A program made the position numbers and the translations under genes. A DNA stretch of 64,000 nt. Origin: a bacterium (GTDB lineage: Bacteria; Patescibacteriota; Minisyncoccia; Phycocordibacterales; JAUSHB01). Below are positions 49,753 through 57,923 of the stretch, piece by piece; positions within the stretch are counted from its first letter, which is position 1; every line of letters begins with the position of its first letter. Location of the stretch: positions 11,866-75,865 of the forward strand of contig JAUSHB010000006.1 in assembly GCA_030648955.1 (NCBI GenBank), given 5' to 3'. The notes under the pieces were generated by a model that saw only the letters and a program-made list of their open reading frames with translations, did no database searches and was not told the DNA's origin.

Positions 49753-52011
49753 CTACTTCGCAATCGCGACGGCTTCTTCGAATTTAACCGAGAGAAGTTT
49801 TGAGACGGCGTCGGAACCCATGGTAACACCGTAGAGAATCCCCGCGCGGGACATTGTTTCGCGGTTGTGTGTCACCACGATAAGCTGGGAATATTTTGAA
49901 AGATTTTCGAGCATATTGCCATATTTTTTTGAGTTTGCTTCATCAAGCGCCGCATCAGTTTCATCGAGAATAAGAAATGGCGGTGGATTCACCTGCGAGA
50001 TAGCAAACAAAAGCGCGATGGAGGTGAGCGCGCGCTCACCTCCCGAGAGCATATGAAGCCCTTTGATCTTCTTGTGCGGCAAACTTACATTGATATCAAT
50101 TCCTTCTTCCTCTTCAACTTCGCCCTCCTCTTCCCCGCTCTCTAAACCTTCAAGTTCGGGTGGAACTGCGCGCCGGCGTTTCTGCTCTTTTATCAACAAG
50201 AGTGTTGCCGTACCTCCACCAAACATCAGCGCGAAAAATTCTTCAAACTGCTTGTTGATCTTTTTGATCCCGCCCTGAAATTCTTCTCCGAGACGGACCG
50301 TGAGGTCTTGGATAAGCTGCGAGAGCGCTTCTGCGCTTTTTTGCAGATCTTCGATCTCTTTTGCAAGAAATTCGTCTCGCGCAATGGTTTGGTCATGCTC
50401 TTTTACCACATCCTCCCCTGTGCCGCTTCCCATATCCTCAAGCCGAATTTTTATTTTTTCAATACGCTTCCTGCGGTCTTCTTGCACGGTACGTGATTCA
50501 GAATGCGCTTGACCTCCATCAATCGCAAAATCTTTATACGCAAGCACGCCTTCACCCGAAAGGACTTTTGCTTCTTCCAGCTCCCGACGAAAACTTTCTT
50601 CCTCGCGGAGAAGATTTTCTTCCTTCACATCAACTGTGGCAAGCCTTGAAGTAAATTCGCTTTTCTTTGCGCGGATATCAAAGAGCGCCATCTCGGCATC
50701 GCGAGACGAATCTTTTTCTTTCTCTATTTCGTTTCGCGCGAATCCGTATTCTTCCGAAAGCTTTTTTTCTTCATTCACCGCCTCTTGGAGTAAATGATTG
50801 GTTTCTTCGCGGTCTTTCTTGAGTGTTTCCAGTTCGCCTTTTTCATCCTCCCCTTCTGTAATAATCCCTTGACGGCTCTGGGAAATAAACGTCGCAATAA
50901 GATCTCGAATCTTTTTGAAAATTGCTTTTGTGATAGAAAAATCTCCCGAGGTCTCCGCTTCCGCGATATGACGCTCAAGTGACCCCGTGAATTCATTTAC
51001 CAAATTTCGATCAACAGGCGCATTTTCATCGCGAGACGCGCGTTCCGCTTTCTTGCGCAAGACATCTTCCTGATATTCGATCATTCCGTCAAGACGCCCC
51101 TCTTTGCGCGTGAGATCGTCGCGCTTCCTGCGAACTTCCGCGAGTTTCTCTTCGATTGTTTTCAATTTCCGGACACTATCGCTCTCGCCTGTTTCCTTGG
51201 ATCGAAGCGACTCCTGCAAACGCGCGTGCTCATCGCCAAGCCGTTTGAGTTCTTCTTCGGGCACTCGACGCTCTTCTTGTATTGCGCTGCGCGTGCCTCC
51301 AAGATATTCCTCTTCTCGCTTGAGATATTCGTGATAGAGCTTTAAAAGCTCGTCACGAAACGCACGAGCTTGTTCTATTTTCTCAACCTGCTTTTTTAAA
51401 AATTTTATATGAGGCGCAAGCTCGCGACGAAGCGATTCTGCTTCTTTAAGATTTTCTTCCGTCTTTCCGAGTTTTTTATCACTCTCCGCGATCTTCCAAT
51501 GATAGATTTTGAGCCCAAGCGCTTCTTCGATCATCGATTTTCTGTCTCTTGAAGAAGAGTTGAGAATTCTGTCGGCCTCACCCTGTGAAATAATATGATG
51601 CCCCGATGCGCCAATATGCACCCCTGCAAGAAGCTCGATAATATCCCGCAAGCGCACTGCTGTACCGTTGATAAAATATTCGCTCGAAGAGTCGCGATTC
51701 ACTTCGCGACTGATCACCACTTCATCGTAATCGAGATTGAGTTCGCGCTTGGTATTATCAAACGCAATAGAAACTTTGGCATGATTGAGACGTGCAAGAC
51801 TTTTTGAACCATTAAAAATGAGATCTTCTCCGCGCTTGCCGCGAAGCGACTTGAGGGACTGTTCCCCCAGCACAAAACGCACCGCTTCGACAACATTTGA
51901 TTTTCCCGAGCCGTTGGGACCGACGATCGCCGATATGGGAGTATTGAAATCAAAAACACTTTTCTTTGCGAATGATTTGAATCCTCCAACCTCAAGTCGT
52001 TTAAGTTGCAT
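49753..52011 (-). CDS. smc: Short SMC-family chromosome segregation ATPase, 752 aa
   Basis: GFKSF, GPNGSGKSN, SLRG, ISQGE, LSGGE, LDETDAALDEAN, VTH; ATG 52011 preferred over 52146. Confidence 0.88.
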   Translation of the reverse strand: MQLKRLEVGGFKSFAKKSVFDFNTPISAIVGPNGSGKSNVVEAVRFVLGEQSLKSLRGKRGEDLIFNGSKSLARLNHAKVSIAFDNTKRELNLDYDEVVISREVNRDSSSEYFINGTAVRLRDIIELLAGVHIGASGHHIISQGEADRILNSSSRDRKSMIEEALGLKIYHWKIAESDKKLGKTEENLKEAESLRRELAPHIKFLKKQVEKIEQARAFRDELLKLYHEYLKREEEYLGGTRSAIQEERRVPEEELKRLGDEHARLQESLRSKETGESDSVRKLKTIEEKLAEVRRKRDDLTRKEGRLDGMIEYQEDVLRKKAERASRDENAPVDRNLVNEFTGSLERHIAEAETSGDFSITKAIFKKIRDLIATFISQSRQGIITEGEDEKGELETLKKDREETNHLLQEAVNEEKKLSEEYGFARNEIEKEKDSSRDAEMALFDIRAKKSEFTSRLATVDVKEENLLREEESFRRELEEAKVLSGEGVLAYKDFAIDGGQAHSESRTVQEDRRKRIEKIKIRLEDMGSGTGEDVVKEHDQTIARDEFLAKEIEDLQKSAEALSQLIQDLTVRLGEEFQGGIKKINKQFEEFFALMFGGGTATLLLIKEQKRRRAVPPELEGLESGEEEGEVEEEEGIDINVSLPHKKIKGLHMLSGGERALTSIALLFAISQVNPPPFLILDETDAALDEANSKKYGNMLENLSKYSQLIVVTHNRETMSRAGILYGVTMGSDAVSKLLSVKFEEAVAIAK

Positions 52012-52021
52012 AAATTCCAGT

Positions 52022-52801
52022 TTATTCCTTATCGACCGTATTCCACTTTTTTTCTTTAAGCGCCTGTGACGCCGCACCTTGTTCTGCTTCTTGTTTAGAC
52101 TTCCCTTGCGCTTCCGCAATGAGCTCGTCTCCCAAAAACACTGCAACTACAAACTTTTTGTCGTGATCGGGACCTGCTTCACGTACTACCTTATACGTTG
52201 GTGTAACCCCCAGCTCGTCTTGCGCTTTCTCCTGCAAGAAACTTTTTGCATCTTTCCATAGTTCCTTCTCAACAATTTCGTGAGTAAGTGGAAGAAGCCA
52301 CTCTGATATAAACGCTTCCACACCTTCATAGTGTTGGTCGAGATACAGTGCCCCTATAAATGCTTCAAACGTATTTGCCAAAATAATTTGGCGTGCCTTT
52401 CCGGTATCTTTCGCCTCCCCTTTTGAAAGAAGAAGGAACTCATTCATTCCAAGCGTATGTGCAACTTCCCCTAGGGTGACCGCATTGACGAGCGCAGAAC
52501 GATAACTCGTAAGATCTCCCTCAGTTCTATCCTGATATTTTTTAAATAAATAATCAGTAACAACAAGTTCAAGTACTGCATCACCCAAAAATTCCAGACG
52601 TTCATTGTGCGTGAGACCTGCCTGCCGCGGCGCACCTGTCTGCGTGGCATGCACAGGCAGATGACTTTGCGGCGCAGGTAGGTCGCTTCGCTTGCTTTCA
52701 TTAATATATGAGCGATGTGTAAATGCCTCCCGAAGCAGATCTTTATTCTTAAAATTTAATTTAAATTTTCGTTCAAATTGGGAAAAATCTTTGTCAGCCA
52801 T
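52022..52801 (-). CDS. rnc: Ribonuclease III with a 22-aa in-frame insertion
   Basis: THRSY, HNERLEFLGDAVL, ANTFEAFIGA, dsRBD (DAKSFLQE...GPDH...SKQEAEQ). Confidence 0.97.
   Translation of the reverse strand: MADKDFSQFERKFKLNFKNKDLLREAFTHRSYINESKRSDLPAPQSHLPVHATQTGAPRQAGLTHNERLEFLGDAVLELVVTDYLFKKYQDRTEGDLTSYRSALVNAVTLGEVAHTLGMNEFLLLSKGEAKDTGKARQIILANTFEAFIGALYLDQHYEGVEAFISEWLLPLTHEIVEKELWKDAKSFLQEKAQDELGVTPTYKVVREAGPDHDKKFVVAVFLGDELIAEAQGKSKQEAEQGAASQALKEKKWNTVDKE
52616..52683. mobile_element. Nested palindromic mini-element inside rnc
   Basis: Outer ACCTGCCTGC...GCAGGTAGGT enclosing inner ACCTGTCTGCGTG...GCACAGGCAGAT; much higher GC than its flanks; 66 nt net, frame preserved. Confidence 0.75.
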
Positions 52802-52822
52802 AATGTATCGTTACTTTTTTTG

Positions 52823-53731
52823 TTATTTCTTGAGCAAGATATTGATTGCCTTTGTGATGATGGGGAGAATATCATCATAGATGTTGAGATCGAGAATATC
52901 CGCGAGGCGAAACCATCGTGCGTCATCAAGTCCGCCAGACTTCTTTAACGTAAGGTCAGAAAATGGAGTCTCGGTGAGAAAATAAACAACGTGTTTTCTA
53001 ATTTTTCCCTTTTCTGGGTCAGAGGCGATATATTCGTTCTCGCCAAGTTTTTCTTTTATAGTTATATTGATACCAAGCTCCTCAAATGTTTCTTTGACAA
53101 CGCCCACTTCTTCTGTATCCCCGGCTTCAATATGCCCCTTTGAAAGGGTCCAATGTCCGAATATGTCATGCACCAATGCAAGATACACTTCGTCCTTATC
53201 TTTCGCGTAAACAACTGTACCACACAACTTTTCCACAGGAAGCTTTGAGAGGTCGATGGGCGCACCAAGAGTCCTTTTTTTGCGCGGAGCATCATCCTTG
53301 CCAGGTTCACCCATTTCTTTATATACAGCTCCGAGAACTCCGTTTACAAACTTTCCACTATTCTCACCACCAAATGTCTTAGCAAGCTCAATCGCTTCAT
53401 TGATAGCAACTTTTGCAGGAACTTCCGCTTTGTCGACAAACAAAAGCTCATAGAGCCCGATACGTAAAATATTGCGATCAACAATAGAGATTTTTTCTAT
53501 CGGCCAATCAGGAGCCGCTTTGGCAAGTATCGTATCGAGCGTTTCACGTTTCTTCAATACACTCTCAACAAGGGACTTCATAAAAGACGTATCTCCCATG
53601 CCAGGAGCAAATTCCTCTGCATTACGAAGTAGAATTTCGTCTATAGTCCCCTCGGAAGCGACTTGACCACCAAAATCCCATTCAAAGAGTGTCTGCATTA
53701 CGACCGACCGCGAGAGATGTCTGTTTGCCAT
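52823..53731 (-). CDS. nusB: NusB fused to a C-terminal Nudix domain
   Basis: DRNILRIGLYEL, VAINEAIELAK.FG, FVNGVLG; then WTLSKGHIEAGDTEEVGVVKETFEELG Nudix-like box. Confidence 0.9.
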   Translation of the reverse strand: MANRHLSRSVVMQTLFEWDFGGQVASEGTIDEILLRNAEEFAPGMGDTSFMKSLVESVLKKRETLDTILAKAAPDWPIEKISIVDRNILRIGLYELLFVDKAEVPAKVAINEAIELAKTFGGENSGKFVNGVLGAVYKEMGEPGKDDAPRKKRTLGAPIDLSKLPVEKLCGTVVYAKDKDEVYLALVHDIFGHWTLSKGHIEAGDTEEVGVVKETFEELGINITIKEKLGENEYIASDPEKGKIRKHVVYFLTETPFSDLTLKKSGGLDDARWFRLADILDLNIYDDILPIITKAINILLKK

Positions 53732-53883
53732 GAATGTTTTTGAATGTGCTATGAATGAAAGAATATACTAGCCTCTTCTATGATTCCTGGATGTATTAAC
53801 TCAAAACTCATCCCAGAAGCAAATATATTATACTGTAATTATGCACCTAATAATTCTCCTAAAAAATACTTCAATGTAGCTTA

Positions 53884-54123
53884 CTACGACTTACTTTCAC
53901 CTGCTTTACTATTCCTCTCTTTAATTTTTTTCTCTTTTTTTGCGACTTTCTTTAATACATTAATCACCTCTTTACCTCGATACGTACCGCATGTTTCGCA
54001 TGCACGATGGCGCAAATGGAATGCGGAACACTTGACGCACACAGAAAGCCGCGGCCCCGTAAGCGCGTGGTGTGAACGGCGGTTTCTCGTATGAGCCCGC
54101 GTATGTCGCATTCGTATTACCAT
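53884..54123 (-). CDS. rpmF: 50S ribosomal protein L32
   Basis: RRSHHAL, CVKC...HRACETCGTYRG. Confidence 0.93.
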   Translation of the reverse strand: MVIRMRHTRAHTRNRRSHHALTGPRLSVCVKCSAFHLRHRACETCGTYRGKEVINVLKKVAKKEKKIKERNSKAGESKS

Positions 54124-54157
54124 TGAAATGAGTATACAGAATCGCCAGAAAAAATCA

Positions 54158-54183
54158 AACCCCCGCGGTATTTTGCGGGGGTT
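54158..54183 (-). terminator. Terminator after the orphan gene ending at 54193
   Basis: AACCCCCGCG-GTATTT-TGCGGGGGTT. Confidence 0.65.
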
Positions 54184-54192
54184 AGGAAAAAA

Positions 54193-54555
54193 TCACTTAG
54201 ATCCCATTTTACGGATAATTGGTCGAATATTGCAATACAATTTCCTTTGCGTGCATTTTTCACACGACCTTAATTCATTCTTACCTCGATTGTCAATCCC
54301 GAGATAACGTGAAATTATAGCAACATCTGCTGGAAAACAACCAAAATTGACTACAACATAGCTATCAGAGTCGCTAATTGACAATAATTTAACTTCTTTA
54401 TGGTCAATCTTTAAACTCTCTTCTGTGGCGCAGAGAATTTTTGGATTAAATGACTTTCTCTTGAGTTTAAGCGCGACTGAACCGCCCCTAAGGACATCTC
54501 CATCGTAGTAGATTTTATCTATTTCCACGTTTATCTCCTGTGTGTTCTGTACCAA
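54193..54555 (-). CDS. Hypothetical protein
   Basis: 120-aa ORF filling the gap, terminator downstream; start uncertain. Confidence 0.5.
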   Translation of the reverse strand: MVQNTQEINVEIDKIYYDGDVLRGGSVALKLKRKSFNPKILCATEESLKIDHKEVKLLSISDSDSYVVVNFGCFPADVAIISRYLGIDNRGKNELRSCEKCTQRKLYCNIRPIIRKMGSK

Positions 54556-54674
54556 AGAATTAAATTTATTCCGGTACTATTATGCCCCAAGATTATCTCT
54601 GTGTCCACTTTTAACAAAAAATGTTTCAGAAAAACGATACAGAGAGCTTCCGTGTCCACATTGAAAAAACAAAG

Positions 54675-55112
54675 TTATTTTTTTGCTTTCTCGTATTCTC
54701 GAAACAGCCGGTGTGCTTCCCATTCTATTTGCTTAAAACCCAACGTCTTTCCTTCTTCAAATCCTTGATATTTCTCTTCTACGGAAACAAAAAAGCAGTC
54801 CTCAATGTAGCAAAAAAGATCTTTCGTATTATGAAATTTTCTTTCTGGATTTTCTTTTTTTAATCTTTTGATTTGCTTGTCAGACAACGGCACATAGCAT
54901 AGCGTTATCTCTTTTTTCAAACCCCTCTTGTTGTTCCCTACTCGAACCTCAATTGATTTAGGAATAATCCTATATGCCGTACAAATACGGTCATAGCACG
55001 CACATAAAATAGTTAAGTCTTTTATGTTTACTCCGGGGATACGAATTTTTAGTTTCGTATGGTTATCTAGATACTCGAATATGGGTTTTCTCACTACGCA
55101 GACCTCCTTCAA
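54675..55112 (-). CDS. Hypothetical protein
   Basis: 145-aa ORF, TTG start with AAGGA upstream; KILCA/TILCA segment echoes the neighbouring orphan. Confidence 0.5.
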   Translation of the reverse strand: MKEVCVVRKPIFEYLDNHTKLKIRIPGVNIKDLTILCACYDRICTAYRIIPKSIEVRVGNNKRGLKKEITLCYVPLSDKQIKRLKKENPERKFHNTKDLFCYIEDCFFVSVEEKYQGFEEGKTLGFKQIEWEAHRLFREYEKAKK

Positions 55113-55149
55113 TGTCCTTGTTCCAGCTCTATTTCTATCATAAATATCA

Positions 55150-55782
55150 TTATCTGCAAATGTTCTTCAAAAAACTGTGGCGATGAATCTTAGAAATTCC
55201 ATGCTTTTTAATTTTTTTAAAATGCTCTTTGGTCCCATATCCTTTGTGTTTTTCAAATTTGTAATAAGGATATTTGAGCGAATACTTTTTCATCAACCGG
55301 TCACGGAGTACTTTCGCGGCAATGGACGCAAGCGAAATGATCATTATTTTTTCATCACCGCGTATGATGATTTTTTGATTTCGATACATCCTCGGCGCGC
55401 GGAGACCACCATCAAGAAGAATAAGACTCTTGTGTGGCGGACACGAAAGTGCCCCCAATGAAGCTGTGATTGAACGGAATATCGCAGCATTGATTCCCTG
55501 CCTATCTATTGTGCTCGAACTGGAAAATGAGACGTGGAAAGAAATCTTGCCATCTCGTTCCGTGTTCTCTAGCTTCTTAAACCACGCTTCGCGCTTTTGC
55601 GCTGAGATTTTTTTTGAATCTTTCACCCCCCGAAACAAGGTCGTGAATTCCTTGAGGAACCTTCTTTCTACCATCACCACCCCGACTGCAACCGGCCCCG
55701 CAAGAGGTCCTCTTCCTGCTTCATCGATGCCGACAACGAAACCTATTCTATTCGACTTTATTTTGTCTCTTATGTAATCCAT
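55150..55782 (-). CDS. rnhB: Ribonuclease HII
   Basis: GIDEAGRGPLAGP, DSKK, LLDG, ASIAAKV.RD, HKGYGT, HRHSF. Confidence 0.96.
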   Translation of the reverse strand: MDYIRDKIKSNRIGFVVGIDEAGRGPLAGPVAVGVVMVERRFLKEFTTLFRGVKDSKKISAQKREAWFKKLENTERDGKISFHVSFSSSSTIDRQGINAAIFRSITASLGALSCPPHKSLILLDGGLRAPRMYRNQKIIIRGDEKIMIISLASIAAKVLRDRLMKKYSLKYPYYKFEKHKGYGTKEHFKKIKKHGISKIHRHSFLKNICR

Positions 55783-57238
55783 TGATTAAATTTCTTGCCG
55801 TATTTATTCCCAAGTCTGTGATTGCATATAGCCACGCCGCAACAACATCCACATTCATCTTCCATCGCCTTACGCTCCCTTCTAAAAATCCATATTTTTT
55901 TTCTTTAAGTGTTTGAAAATAGGGAAATATTTTATATCCAACGCCATTGATACTGTGAAAATACACAAAGTAATTAAGGCCCGCTTCAATACGAAATCCT
56001 TTTTTATAAAACCCCGGGAGATTGTGCCACACATCCTTCTTAAGGGCCCGCTCGCCGGAATTAAGGGCGAAGGGAAGAAATAATTTCTGCATGATATTAC
56101 TCCTAATCCCGATATTCATATCATATCGCCCATCGCTAACGGGGGTGACCATAGCATCAATGTGTTCTGGTATCAATCCACGTAAATCCGCATCGCAGAA
56201 AAAAATAATGTTTTCACGTGCTTGCTTGACGCCGCGATCCATCGAAAATGCTTTACCACAATTTTTCTCATTACGAAGATACACAACCGAAGGAAATGTT
56301 TTTGCTATATACTCTTCGGTTCCGTCGGTTGAGCCGTCATCAACAACAATCACCTCTGAAATCATTCGTGCACGGATAAGTGCCGAGAGTACATCCCCAA
56401 TACGCATCCGCTCATTATACGATGGAACAATCGCAGTTGCTTTTATACCTGTCATTATGTTTTGTGTATGTGTTTCACATTTTGAAGAAAGAAAAAACTC
56501 TCCAATACTATTATAGGTTGCATAATAATCATCTTCATGAAACACTCCGTGACCGCTATGTTCAAGAGTAATATTTTTTATCTTGTGAGAATTTACCTTG
56601 TGTTCTATGTTCCGTGCACTTTTCACGTGCGCAATCTTATCTCTTATTGTGAATATTGAAAGTAGTGGGCTCGTCACTCGTGATAAAGATAATGAAAGCT
56701 TCTTGTTCATCTCAACAAGAAGTTCGAGTCCATAGGAAGGCATCTGTGTATAATAAAAAGCTTCTGCTCGAGCAAGCTTTTCGCTCTTTGGTAATTTTTT
56801 TTCCCATATTTTTTTAAGACGCACCATATGGTACATACCAGGAATTGATAGGGGGAAGCGGAGTGTGTAAGGGGTTGCTGTTACAAATACTCCGGCAACT
56901 GGATATAAAGCAGCAAGGTAGAGAGCCACCTGACCTCCAAAACTATGCCCCCCGACGATGACACGTTTATAGCGCGTCAGTACATCCTTAAATTCTTTTT
57001 CAACAGCGGCAAGCAAATTCTCACAGGAGATTCCCTCTAAATCTTCTACAATTGTCCCATGACCTGGTAAAAGAGGGACGAGAACCGATACACCATACTC
57101 GGCATGAAGAAATTCTGGGAGACCGTTGAAGTCGGTAGGACTACCCGTATAGCCGTGTACAAGAAAAAATGCACACGATTGAGACTCCGCCTCAATGGCT
57201 ATTTTTTGAGGTCTCCAATGAGTCGCTTGTTGAACCAT
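55748..57238 (-). CDS. Alpha/beta hydrolase (carboxylesterase/monoacylglycerol lipase-like) fused to a GT2 glycosyltransferase
   Basis: HGYTGSP, LPGHG, GHSFG nucleophile elbow, RDK, SGH; then IVPSYNE, VVDDGSTDGT, GKA, DADL. Confidence 0.85.
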   Translation of the reverse strand: MVQQATHWRPQKIAIEAESQSCAFFLVHGYTGSPTDFNGLPEFLHAEYGVSVLVPLLPGHGTIVEDLEGISCENLLAAVEKEFKDVLTRYKRVIVGGHSFGGQVALYLAALYPVAGVFVTATPYTLRFPLSIPGMYHMVRLKKIWEKKLPKSEKLARAEAFYYTQMPSYGLELLVEMNKKLSLSLSRVTSPLLSIFTIRDKIAHVKSARNIEHKVNSHKIKNITLEHSGHGVFHEDDYYATYNSIGEFFLSSKCETHTQNIMTGIKATAIVPSYNERMRIGDVLSALIRARMISEVIVVDDGSTDGTEEYIAKTFPSVVYLRNEKNCGKAFSMDRGVKQARENIIFFCDADLRGLIPEHIDAMVTPVSDGRYDMNIGIRSNIMQKLFLPFALNSGERALKKDVWHNLPGFYKKGFRIEAGLNYFVYFHSINGVGYKIFPYFQTLKEKKYGFLEGSVRRWKMNVDVVAAWLYAITDLGINTARNLINGLHKRQNKVE

Positions 57239-57807
57239 AGTTGTATCATAAAGAAAGATAGTACAATGAGCAAGATAATACCGAGCGCAATAGTAATATT
57301 TTCAAAAATTTTTAAAAGATAAGTGAGTCCCTTTCCGGCAAGAAATCCAATGACAGTTACGACCGTGAGCCAAATAAAAGTAGCGACCATATTGTGCCGC
57401 ATAAATTCTTTTAGTGGAAGATTGATTTGACTCATATAGAGAAGGATTATGATACGTGTTCCGTAGAGAAATTTTGTGACTATAAGAGCGGATAGATGGC
57501 TCCCTTTGCTTATTTTGTTGAGCGACCCCGCAACAGCGTTTACCGTTGTCTGGGTATATCGATGTGTAATAAACCCGGAAAGAAATTTAGTTTTTCCTAA
57601 GGAAAACCATATAAAATCGGAAGTGACAGTTCCTGCATATGATGCAAAAAAAACTATGTGAATAGGCATAGCGCCTTGCGCGGAAAGCGCAGCAACAGAG
57701 ATAATGACCCACTCTCCTCCAAGCGCCGCTCCAAAAAATGGAATAACGTACGAAAGAGATGGGTAGGTAGTAAAGACAGTCTGTAGCCAATAAAACGAGT
57801 CGGGCAT
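57199..57807 (-). CDS. DedA-family membrane protein
   Basis: GGEW...G.V.SDFIWFSLG, TKFLYGTR, F..N...IW...GFLAG. Confidence 0.85.
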   Translation of the reverse strand: MPDSFYWLQTVFTTYPSLSYVIPFFGAALGGEWVIISVAALSAQGAMPIHIVFFASYAGTVTSDFIWFSLGKTKFLSGFITHRYTQTTVNAVAGSLNKISKGSHLSALIVTKFLYGTRIIILLYMSQINLPLKEFMRHNMVATFIWLTVVTVIGFLAGKGLTYLLKIFENITIALGIILLIVLSFFMIQLWFNKRLIGDLKK

Positions 57808-57923
57808 GTATATCGTGAGAATTTATTTTATTGTTATAAAAATGTGAGTGTATATTAGTAACCTGATTTTTTGTATTCGGCATGATTATTATACCAATTT
57901 TTGATACAATGGGCTCACAATTT

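Larger units (their letters stand above)
49083..49810 (-). repeat. 58-bp direct repeat of the smc 3' end (49753-49810 and 49083-49140) bracketing a TA module
   Basis: 51 bp identical; last three codons GCG AAG TAG versus GCA AAA TAA, all silent; both encode AVSKLLSVKFEEAVAIAK-stop. Confidence 0.95.
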
